Virus record (IMG/VR): IMGVR_UViG_3300032218_003260 | Source of the DNA: a virus | Taxonomy: Duplodnaviria; Caudoviricetes | Strand: one strand, 5' to 3' | Length of the DNA stretch: 64,000 nt | In this document: positions 8,308 to 16,284 of the stretch, piece after piece | Layout of the letters: the number at the start of each line of letters is the position of its first letter | Numbering within the stretch: the stretch's first letter is position 1 | Notes under the pieces: model-generated | Told to the model about the DNA's origin: nothing | The model's database searches: none | What the model saw: the letters and a program-made list of their open reading frames with translations, nothing else | Translations under genes and position numbers: made by a program

Positions 8308-8531
8308 TACGGTGCCTGACTGTCGCCGTGCGGCCACACCTGTGTTCGAGTTGTGTCCGGCGCGGCCGGGTTAAATTGATATTGCGGTAGCGGCAACGGC
8401 GCCTCAAGTTTAAGATGGTTTACGGCGTTATCAGGGAAATAGAGCTGCGGCCCGGGGCCGCGGCGAGTGCCCTCAACGTAGTGCTGTTTTCGTTCCTGAT
8501 ACAGTTTTGCAGAGCGTCCGACGTTTGCCAT
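8307..8531 (-). CDS. Hypothetical protein (74 aa)
   Basis: GGAGG RBS and an upstream TATACT; TAATG coupling to the next gene. Confidence 0.6.
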   Translation of the reverse strand: MANVGRSAKLYQERKQHYVEGTRRGPGPQLYFPDNAVNHLKLEAPLPLPQYQFNPAAPDTTRTQVWPHGDSQAP

Positions 8532-8567
8532 ATAACCTCCAAAAAGTACGCGGCCGGGTCACCGTTT

Positions 8568-8573
8568 AGTATA
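8568..8573 (-). promoter_or_regulatory. Putative -10 element TATACT
   Basis: About 35 nt upstream of the ATG at 8531; the same hexamer recurs in intergenic DNA near 12770, 59303 and 62478. Confidence 0.35.
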
Positions 8574-8737
8574 CCCGGACGCGCACCCATCACTTGCGAG
8601 TCGTTTCTTTGGCGGCGGCAGCTGCAACCTGACACATGTAACCTAGTACATTTGCCAGCCCAGCAAGACCGTATATGAAAACATGCCCTGTGTATTTGAG
8701 GCTGTCTTCAACCCATTGAAATTCTGACTCGCTACCG

Positions 8738-10669
8738 TTGTTATTGTGGTTCATGGATAAACCTAATCAAACAGTTACTGAAGCAGTTGACATGCCTTCC
8801 GTAGGCGTGCAATCACTTCTACAAGAATTAATCTCAATCGACGTGACGGATGTACATTCTGTTCACGCGCGAGCGGCTGTTTTGCAGCAGCTCGCCGGTC
8901 GGCATGCTTTCCCGTCACTGGAACCGATTTTACCGCTAGTTCTGAATCTTAACGGGCGCCCGTACAGCATTCAGAATCATATGCCTTTTTCCCCACTTTT
9001 CCGGCTACTGACGCCGAAAAATCAAGTGTGGTGCACGGGGCGGCAGGTATCAAAATCGACCAGCCTAGCAGCGCACGGAGTTGTAGTTGCCAACTCTCTC
9101 CCGTTTTTTAAGACGTTATTCATCACACCGCTGTACGAACAGATACGGCGGTTTTCGAATAACTATGTGCGTCCGTTTATCGACCAGTCTCCTGTGAAGT
9201 CGCAATGGAGCGGCACGACGACCGAGAATTCAGTTCTGCAAAGATCTTTTAAGAACAATTCAATGATGTTGTTCAGCTTTGCGCTTTTAGATTCGGATCG
9301 TGTGCGCGGTGTTTCTGCAGACCGTGTGTGTATCGACGAAGTTCAGGACATGGATCCTGATCACGTGCCGATCATTCAAGAAACGATGTCTTACTCCAAA
9401 TGGGGGACTAGTTATTACACAGGAACGCCGAAGACGCTAGATAATTTAATTTACGGATTGTATAAACGATCATCACAAGCCGAGTGGTTTATACCGTGTC
9501 ATTCATGCAAGCACTGGAGCATCCCTTCGCTTGAATATGACTTGGACAAAATGATCGGCCCATACAGCGTGCATATCAGCGAGAAGTATCCGGGCACCGT
9601 CTGCGCTAAGTGTCAGAAACCGATCAGCCCAAGGCATGGTCGGTGGGTGCACAGATATCCCGAACGCCGCTGGCAATTTGCCGGGTATCACGTACCACAG
9701 ATGATACTACCGCTTCATTTCTCCGACCCTGAAAAGTGGTCAACTCTATTGTTGAAAAGAGAAGGGTTTGGGAACATGACCCAAGCCCAGTTCTACAACG
9801 AAGTAATGGGAGAAAGCGTTGATACCGGTCAGAAGCTCATCAGCGAAACTGATTTGAAGGCTGCGTGCGTGCTAGACTGGGAAAACAAGAAAGAACCAGA
9901 CCCTAAGTGCTTTGCAAATCTCTCGAACTACAAACATCGCATCCTTGCGGTCGACTGGGGCGGCGGCGGAGAAGCAGGTATTAGTTTCACCGTGCTTGCT
10001 GTGCTGGGGTTCCGCCCGGACGGGACCGTCGACACGCTTTGGGCCAAGCGCCTGCTTATTGGCGGCGATCATTTGGCCGAAGCTGTTGAATGTATGCGCT
10101 GGTCTAACTTGTTTAATTGCGATTTTGTTGCTCACGATTACACGGGTGCCGGCACGGTCCGCGAAACGGTCATGGTGCAGGCAGGATTTAATCTAGAGCG
10201 AGTCTTGGCGATGCGGCTCGTTCGTTCCGCATCGCAAGATTTGATGGTGTTCAAACCACCGACAGAGATCAATCATCGGGCACACTATAGCCTCGACAAA
10301 ACGCGGTCGTTGCTGTACACGTGTCAGGCGATCAAGCTGAAGCAAGTCCGTTTCTTCCAGTACGATTGGTCGTCACAGGATTCGCCGGGCTTGGTGTCGG
10401 ACTTTCTTGCGTTGGTAGAAAGTAAAGCCGAGTCTAGACTAGGCGGCGATATTTATACCATTACAAGGAACACGTTGTTGACTGACGACTTCGCGCAAGC
10501 TGTTAACCTAGGCTGCGCCGCTCTTTGGCACGTGAATAACGCGTGGCCTAATTTCGCGGAGATCGCTGGCGTAGCGCGGTTAAGCGAGCGTGTTGTCAAA
10601 GCCGAGACGCCGATGGATGACGACTGGGCGGATGACTCCATCGGGCGAAGCTACTTTGGCGGTTACTAG
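8738..10669 (+). CDS. Terminase large subunit (GpA-like)
   Basis: Walker A GRQVSKST, Walker B CIDEVQD, coupling motif GTPK, two CxxC (CHSC, CAKC), FYNEVMGE, nuclease AVDWG. Confidence 0.9.
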   Translation: MLLWFMDKPNQTVTEAVDMPSVGVQSLLQELISIDVTDVHSVHARAAVLQQLAGRHAFPSLEPILPLVLNLNGRPYSIQNHMPFSPLFRLLTPKNQVWCTGRQVSKSTSLAAHGVVVANSLPFFKTLFITPLYEQIRRFSNNYVRPFIDQSPVKSQWSGTTTENSVLQRSFKNNSMMLFSFALLDSDRVRGVSADRVCIDEVQDMDPDHVPIIQETMSYSKWGTSYYTGTPKTLDNLIYGLYKRSSQAEWFIPCHSCKHWSIPSLEYDLDKMIGPYSVHISEKYPGTVCAKCQKPISPRHGRWVHRYPERRWQFAGYHVPQMILPLHFSDPEKWSTLLLKREGFGNMTQAQFYNEVMGESVDTGQKLISETDLKAACVLDWENKKEPDPKCFANLSNYKHRILAVDWGGGGEAGISFTVLAVLGFRPDGTVDTLWAKRLLIGGDHLAEAVECMRWSNLFNCDFVAHDYTGAGTVRETVMVQAGFNLERVLAMRLVRSASQDLMVFKPPTEINHRAHYSLDKTRSLLYTCQAIKLKQVRFFQYDWSSQDSPGLVSDFLALVESKAESRLGGDIYTITRNTLLTDDFAQAVNLGCAALWHVNNAWPNFAEIAGVARLSERVVKAETPMDDDWADDSIGRSYFGGY

Positions 10670-11016
10670 AAGATACGCCAGCAATAGTCTTCGATAAATT
10701 TTTGCATCGGGCGGTGATCGCGAATCTTAGAGTTTTCGATAACGTCGATTACTTCGCGCGCCGCGTCAGCTAACGCCGCAGCAGCCGCCGTGCAATCCAT
10801 AGACGAGTCGTACAACTCCCAACCGGCGCCTGATCGCGGAATCGCCGGCTCTTTGCCGTCAAACGCGTCCGCAATCAGCCGTTGAAATACGCCGTCTGGT
10901 TCGGTGTCGAGCGCGCCAAACTCTCGATACTTCGTTTGCATGCGCTCAAACCTACGAACCGCTTCGCGAAGTTTCTCCACCGTCAGCGTCATTGGAGTTG
11001 TTAATAGAGTTGACAA
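10666..11016 (-). CDS. Hypothetical protein
   Basis: 116-aa ORF convergent with the terminase, stops overlapping at CTAG; start may be the later ATG (MTLTVEK). Confidence 0.6.
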   Translation of the reverse strand: MSTLLTTPMTLTVEKLREAVRRFERMQTKYREFGALDTEPDGVFQRLIADAFDGKEPAIPRSGAGWELYDSSMDCTAAAAALADAAREVIDVIENSKIRDHRPMQKFIEDYCWRIF

Positions 11017-11434
11017 GCTCCATTCCTTTTTCGGTTATTGAGAAATTGAAATCGTTTTTATCGTAGTCGTATTCTGCGTCTAGAAAACCGCGCTGCACGC
11101 CGACACGCATAACGTTTGATATAACGCGCGCACCGAGCGCACGAAACAGTCGAAGCATTTTTGTCTTGTACTCTTCGAACGAGTTGGCACCAATGCCGTA
11201 CGCGCCGTCAGCCTGCACGTCAGACAGTTCACGAACAATTTGTTCGACTTCCCAGACCTCCAAAAACTGTCGCTGATATTCAAGCGAGCATTCACTTTCG
11301 GTCGGTTCTTCGTTCTGCAGCTTGGCGATAAAACCGGCGAACATCACTAGTACATGATCGCGGAGATCTTCGATCGACCCGCAAATACGCCGCGCGGGCT
11401 GTTCTTCGTTTTCGTCTTCGTAGTCTTCGAACAT
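10952..11434 (-). CDS. Hypothetical protein
   Basis: GAGGT RBS before the ATG at 11434 (MFEDYEDE). Confidence 0.65.
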   Translation of the reverse strand: MFEDYEDENEEQPARRICGSIEDLRDHVLVMFAGFIAKLQNEEPTESECSLEYQRQFLEVWEVEQIVRELSDVQADGAYGIGANSFEEYKTKMLRLFRALGARVISNVMRVGVQRGFLDAEYDYDKNDFNFSITEKGMELVNSINNSNDADGGETSRSGS

Positions 11435-11441
11435 AACTACC

Positions 11442-11762
11442 TCAAGCCATCTCTGCGGCAAGACGAGCAGTGGCGAGCGCGGCGTCGTAATTGCCGCGCG
11501 CAATCATACGCGCGTGAGCGGCGTCACGGCACTGCCCCAGATAATCGGAGTAGTCGCTGTCGGTGTTGACGAGCGCTTCCGCCGAACTGAAGCTGTGCGG
11601 CTTGTTGGTCAGCGGGTTGTCGCCGCTTTTCATGATCCGCTCGACCGCAGCCATTTTGACAGAGATGCGGTTGTCTTCCAGCTCTGCCTCGCTGCGCACA
11701 GCGTCGGCAAGAACGGCGGCGGCGTGGGTAATGTTATCAGCAAAATTCTTGGCCATGATCAC
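11442..11762 (-). CDS. Hypothetical helical protein
   Basis: GAGGAG RBS; Ala-rich helical ORF. Confidence 0.65.
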   Translation of the reverse strand: MIMAKNFADNITHAAAVLADAVRSEAELEDNRISVKMAAVERIMKSGDNPLTNKPHSFSSAEALVNTDSDYSDYLGQCRDAAHARMIARGNYDAALATARLAAEMA

Positions 11763-12043
11763 TCCTCAATTTTTTGCCAACCATCTATGGCGCGGCGAAC
11801 AGTCAATATGTCGTCAAGCGCCCGGTCTAGCATGTGTACAGCCGATTCGAGATCGTCAGCGTCGGCTAATTCAAAGATAATAAACGCAAACAAGGTATCG
11901 CCGCATTCTCGAATACTCTGTTTGCCCACACGATTGATGTAATCGTGAAATGTTTCGTCGTTATTTGGCGGATCGACTGCGAGTAGGTCTGATCCCGGAT
12001 ATGAATCGTAAATTGCTTTCGGAACCAGTTGGCTATTCGTCAT
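11759..12043 (-). CDS. Hypothetical protein
   Basis: GGAG RBS before the ATG at 12043; GDTLF.FI..EL motif; the longer upstream extension overlaps another gene. Confidence 0.6.
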   Translation of the reverse strand: MTNSQLVPKAIYDSYPGSDLLAVDPPNNDETFHDYINRVGKQSIRECGDTLFAFIIFELADADDLESAVHMLDRALDDILTVRRAIDGWQKIEE

Positions 12044-12287
12044 TTCTCCAGTTTTGTTTTTCTTGGCGCGTTGGCTGCCGTTTGGGATATTTCTCGGGAT
12101 GACAAACCTGACAACGTGCGCGCGTGCAACCACAACTGCGCAACGTTTTACGATACCGCCCGGCTTCGCTCGCGGTTTGCGCCGCGTTTTCAACCCAACT
12201 ACCAAACTCCAGCCACCCGGCATTAATTTGTCGGTGCTGCTTTACTCGGCGTTCGATGATGTGCTTTTCGCTGTGGTAACGTTTCAT
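12033..12287 (-). CDS. Small basic Cys-cluster protein
   Basis: 84 aa; CGC...CQVCH putative metal-binding cluster; fits the tiling. Confidence 0.55.
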   Translation of the reverse strand: MKRYHSEKHIIERRVKQHRQINAGWLEFGSWVENAAQTASEAGRYRKTLRSCGCTRARCQVCHPEKYPKRQPTRQEKQNWRNDE

Positions 12288-12289
12288 TG

Positions 12290-12742
12290 TTATTTGCCGT
12301 CTGTTTCACAGTAGATGACGATTTTGCAACCGCACTGTTCTGCTAGTTTGACAACGTCGGGCGCATACACCGCCACGATTTGGTCGCGTTTGATCGCGCC
12401 GGCGGTGATCAGGGACTGCAACCCAAGTTTAGCTATGCCGCGACGTCTATACGCAGGGTCGACGAAACACTCGACGGTTTGTGCGGTAATAGGCCGACCT
12501 TTGAATTTTTCTGGCCACGGGCGCGAACCGACCCAGCCGGCTAGCGTGTCGTCTATCCACACGAGTGCCAGAGCCATTTCTGGATACGGCTGCTCATGGT
12601 TGACGTGCAGATAACGCTTGCTGAGTTCTTTTTGAATTGAACTGTCGCTACCCGAGTTTGGCCACGACAGTCTTGTCATGATGGCCGTGACATCGACCAG
12701 TCCAAGCTGGTTAATGTCTTTGATTTTGATAGTAATATTCAT
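12290..12742 (-). CDS. GNAT-family acetyltransferase
   Basis: Motif A FVDPAYRRRGIAK; GGAGG RBS before the ATG at 12742. Confidence 0.8.
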   Translation of the reverse strand: MNITIKIKDINQLGLVDVTAIMTRLSWPNSGSDSSIQKELSKRYLHVNHEQPYPEMALALVWIDDTLAGWVGSRPWPEKFKGRPITAQTVECFVDPAYRRRGIAKLGLQSLITAGAIKRDQIVAVYAPDVVKLAEQCGCKIVIYCETDGK

Positions 12743-12777
12743 GCTGCGCCCTCCGCGACACAGCATGAAGTATACAA

Positions 12778-12850
12778 AGCCGGCGGTCGGATTCGAACCG
12801 ACGACAGGCAGTTTACAAAACTGCTACTCTACCAACTGAGTTACGCCGGC
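12778..12850 (-). tRNA. tRNA-Thr (anticodon UGU), CCA not encoded
   Basis: Cloverleaf: acceptor GCCGGCG/CGCCGGC, D arm ACTC/GAGT, anticodon stem GCAGT/ACTGC with loop TTTGTAA, T arm GTCGG-TTCGAAT-CCGAC. Confidence 0.95.
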
Positions 12851-12855
12851 AAGCG

Positions 12856-13323
12856 TTAAACAGGTTCAGTGATTAAACCAGTTGGCCAGTAGTATGGCAT
12901 GTCGATCGGCTCCTGCCAACCAAACCGCGAGTAGTAGCGGAAATCTTTGCGGAGAAGATTGCTGCGATGACTGGCGTGAAATTGCTCGTCGCCAACCCAC
13001 GGCGGGTACACGTTGCGCTCAATGGTGTTGCGCAGTGTTGTATAGCTGCCCATGAACTGCGGGCAGAGCGTGTCATTAAATCCGCGGCGTATCCACTCGC
13101 GGCACACGACTATGGCATACACTGCTAGCGCTGTTTCATATCCCGCCCACATACGGACGGCAGGATGATTGCGCCAGCTACTTGTTCCGGGCTCATGTTC
13201 GCCTACCGGAACGCCAAGACAGAGTAAGATCTGTTTACATTCAACCCTTTGTTTGCCCAGCCTTTTGTTATCGAGGCAGGCGGCCGAGTGTTTAAATCTC
13301 GGCAGGGGTAAGAATGTCTGCAT
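12856..13323 (-). CDS. Pyrimidine-dimer DNA glycosylase / endonuclease V-like (MSMEG_6728 family)
   Basis: MQTFLP...LD.KRLGKQRVE..QIL, HPAV.MW.GY, H.SHRSNLLRKD and Y.WP motifs. Confidence 0.85.
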   Translation of the reverse strand: MQTFLPLPRFKHSAACLDNKRLGKQRVECKQILLCLGVPVGEHEPGTSSWRNHPAVRMWAGYETALAVYAIVVCREWIRRGFNDTLCPQFMGSYTTLRNTIERNVYPPWVGDEQFHASHRSNLLRKDFRYYSRFGWQEPIDMPYYWPTGLITEPV

Positions 13324-13327
13324 TTAA

Positions 13328-13648
13328 TCAATTGTCAACTTCGTCGTCAAAATCTTCTTCGTATTCAGGGTCATTGTCTTCTTCGTCCTCGTACTCTTCG
13401 TCCCAGTCCTCGTCCTCATCTGCGTCAACCCATTCTTCTTCGTCATCTTCTTCTTCGTCGTCGTCGATAAATACGTAGTTCGGTTTGGGTAACTCAATGT
13501 CGCTGTTATCGTCTTCGTCGTCTTCGTCTTCGTTGTCATCGACAAACTGCCACTCTTCTTCAATGAAATCACCATCGAGGCCGTCGTCGTGACGGGTGGC
13601 GCGTTCGTTTGGAATGTCGCGAAACAATGGAGATTTAAAGTAGCGCAT
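13328..13648 (-). CDS. Extremely acidic small protein
   Basis: 106 aa, about half D/E, with spaced aromatic residues. Confidence 0.65.
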   Translation of the reverse strand: MRYFKSPLFRDIPNERATRHDDGLDGDFIEEEWQFVDDNEDEDDEDDNSDIELPKPNYVFIDDDEEEDDEEEWVDADEDEDWDEEYEDEEDNDPEYEEDFDDEVDN

Positions 13649-13650
13649 AG

Positions 13651-16284
13651 TTATCCAGTTTCCCGGGCAAGGTCAGCTGCAGGTAACAAGTATTGATCGC
13701 ACCAACTGCTGTCAACAAGAATGCCCGGCAGGTTGCGCACAGCTTCCTCTCCGCCGAAAACTCCGCGACGCGTCAATAGTTTAACAAGCCAAAGCCAGTT
13801 TGGGGCTAGCGCTTTTCTATCATAAAAATAGCGATTGACGGCGCGCTGATTCAACCACCAATGTGTTTTTTTACGCACAATGTAGTTATTGGGTTGGCCG
13901 ACTTTTCGCGCCCGGGGCAGAACCGCGAGCGCGCCGGTTTGAATGGCATTTGTTAACTCCGCAAAAAACGACAAATCGGCCTCGTTTTGCGTGGTTAATT
14001 GTTTGCGCGCATAGTCGAGCTGGAACGCGCTGCCGTACGTTTCTTGCAGCCAGTCGTGTAGGTCGGCAAGTACGGCCAAGGCAGTTACCGAGTCCGTTAG
14101 GCTAATCCGCATTCGTTGACGCATTGCACGCTGAATGTAGCCCGGCAAGATATACGCCAGCGGGGTAAAGTCGGTTTTAGGGTCTGCGTAGCCGTTGATA
14201 GTCTGCCAACCGTACATCGGCGCGATGGCTGCGGCGGTGGGAGCCAAATGCAAAAGTACGGGGCGGTTATGACAACGCGGGATCGTCAGGCTCAGACTGG
14301 TCGCGTCGAACACGCTAGCAACAGTTGTTGGCCACGCCAACTCTGCCGTGCGTGAGTACACCGCAGAACTGGCGGATGCGCGGTGCAGGATATCAATACG
14401 CTGGTGCGGGCAGCCAAGGACTGGCGCAATTTGTTGTACCACGACAAAACTATCGCCGGTAAAACCAGTAGCAACTGGATCACGGCGCAGTATTGGGTCC
14501 ACGAGATTGGCAATGACGGCGGCCGCAACGGTCCAGACAAAAGCATTTTCTTGACTGGGCGTTAAAAACTGCCGTATCGCCGGCGGGGCGACTGCAACAG
14601 GCTCTGGGAATACAGCGTGTTTGTTTTTTTCACTCGATTGATTTGGCGGTGACGGTGTGCCGTCTGCGGCTAGTTCGTAGTTTGCAAAACGAAACACGCT
14701 TGCGCGCTCGTCCCATCCTAGCCTGTTTGATACGCATACCAACTCTGGTTTGCTCAGGCCGATGGCCAGCAGGTGGCTTCTGCTATTCCACCGACTGTCG
14801 TACAGCATCACTTTTTTGTGGGACGCAACGACACTAGCCGCGAAGGCCAGCAGCCCGGCGCGTTCAATCTTGAAAGCGTTATCGGCAAAGTTAATTTCTT
14901 CGCCGTTGAGGTAGATCGTACCGGCATATGTTTTTTCGCCGTCGTCGGCTTGAGTGATTTTATTGATAACAATGTTGGCGTCACAAATGTGCTGATTTGT
15001 GACGCTCCACCAACCGTCTGCTTTTGGAATGACAGTATGGCGCCACGGCTGTGATGTCGTCGGGGTAATGTGCTTAGAAGTCTTGACATGCGTCAATACC
15101 CGATCTGAAAAACCGGGAGAAAAATTACTGCCAATTTTGTTCAAAAACGGCACTAACTTGTCTGGCGGTATCGTAAGTCGCGTCGCAAACGAATGCGCCG
15201 CAATTTCATTTATCTGCCCCAGCGTGCTGCTCAGCCGGCTTTGCCATGTTTCTGCGTTGCTGCGAATCGAAACTAGCCGCGTCATGGCGTCTGTGGCGAG
15301 CCTATTTTTTACTCGTTGATTTTGCGTTACTATTGCCACGTAGCCGCGGGCATTAGCGACCCTGCTAATTAGTTCCGGCGAAATAATGTGGCTCTGGAAG
15401 ATTCGCGGCACTGGCGCAAATGAACACCAGCTGCCGCCCCAGCTGTTTGCCTCGACGCCGGTGTAGCTCGCCATTACCGGCAGCAGCGACAACCCGTGGC
15501 GTAGCATTTCACACTGCATACTCAACGCCCACATCGGATCGTCTACTACAAACTGTGTGCTTTTTAGCGGCGCGACAGCGGGAAGAAGCGCCGCGCGCAG
15601 TAGAAAGTAACCAGCTTCTGGTCGGCTGCGTTTGTACTGGTTGAGCGAGATAAAGTTTTGTTTGGCCGTAAATTGCTCGTCGTACTGCACAATTAAGACG
15701 CCGGTTATACGCCCGGGCAGATCGTAATACGGAAACACAAGGCTTGCGCCGTTTTCTCGTATGGGGCTAATCAGCGGCCGGCGCACGAATCGCTGGAGCG
15801 TATCTATTTGTTCTTTGTACGCCACGCCGACCAATCCGGCCGCATCTATTTCTTGATGTACGCCCAACTCGCGTAGGCGGCAGGCAATAACATCGTCGTG
15901 GTGGCCCCAGATTTGCGCTTCGGCGTCAAACCAAAACTGCTCAAATTTTTCAAAGCGTTCAATAGCTCGGGCGTATTCGGCGACGGCATTGTCTTTTTCA
16001 GCTGGGTTTATGGCGTTTAACTCGATAAAACGGCTAATTGCCACATCGGGGCTTGTATTCCATAATGCCGCGCCAAACGTTATGATATCTCCATGGGCTG
16101 AGCACGAATTACAGTGTAGCCAGATACCGTTAGTGCTTGTGTCGTCGAATAGGTGTAGCGTATTTTTTTGACATAGCGGACAACTGACGACCGCCGGGAA
16201 AACCAACTGGTCCGGCGCAATGCCCAGCGCCGACAGGGCAATCGCGTGGTGTTGGCGGCCAATTAAACAGGTAGGAAATCCCAT
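13651..16284 (-). CDS. Primase-like protein: N-terminal zinc finger, primase-like core, DUF927-like domain
   Basis: CPLC...WLHCNSC..HGDII zinc finger, LVFPYYD..GRITGV primase-like strand, LGWD....FRF motif. Confidence 0.6.
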   Translation of the reverse strand: MGFPTCLIGRQHHAIALSALGIAPDQLVFPAVVSCPLCQKNTLHLFDDTSTNGIWLHCNSCSAHGDIITFGAALWNTSPDVAISRFIELNAINPAEKDNAVAEYARAIERFEKFEQFWFDAEAQIWGHHDDVIACRLRELGVHQEIDAAGLVGVAYKEQIDTLQRFVRRPLISPIRENGASLVFPYYDLPGRITGVLIVQYDEQFTAKQNFISLNQYKRSRPEAGYFLLRAALLPAVAPLKSTQFVVDDPMWALSMQCEMLRHGLSLLPVMASYTGVEANSWGGSWCSFAPVPRIFQSHIISPELISRVANARGYVAIVTQNQRVKNRLATDAMTRLVSIRSNAETWQSRLSSTLGQINEIAAHSFATRLTIPPDKLVPFLNKIGSNFSPGFSDRVLTHVKTSKHITPTTSQPWRHTVIPKADGWWSVTNQHICDANIVINKITQADDGEKTYAGTIYLNGEEINFADNAFKIERAGLLAFAASVVASHKKVMLYDSRWNSRSHLLAIGLSKPELVCVSNRLGWDERASVFRFANYELAADGTPSPPNQSSEKNKHAVFPEPVAVAPPAIRQFLTPSQENAFVWTVAAAVIANLVDPILRRDPVATGFTGDSFVVVQQIAPVLGCPHQRIDILHRASASSAVYSRTAELAWPTTVASVFDATSLSLTIPRCHNRPVLLHLAPTAAAIAPMYGWQTINGYADPKTDFTPLAYILPGYIQRAMRQRMRISLTDSVTALAVLADLHDWLQETYGSAFQLDYARKQLTTQNEADLSFFAELTNAIQTGALAVLPRARKVGQPNNYIVRKKTHWWLNQRAVNRYFYDRKALAPNWLWLVKLLTRRGVFGGEEAVRNLPGILVDSSWCDQYLLPAADLARETG

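Noticed and set aside
8507-8536. TTGCAG-18-TATAAC as the terminase promoter
   Set aside because: Plausible but imperfect, inside the neighbouring gene's start, and about 200 nt from the terminase ATG; not enough support to list as a feature.
12778-12850. tRNA as a prophage attachment site
   Set aside because: No integrase, no duplicated tRNA 3' end and no host-like genes on either side.
13324-13575. 83-aa Thr/Lys/Met-rich minus ORF
   Set aside because: Alternative frame of the acidic D/E-repeat gene.
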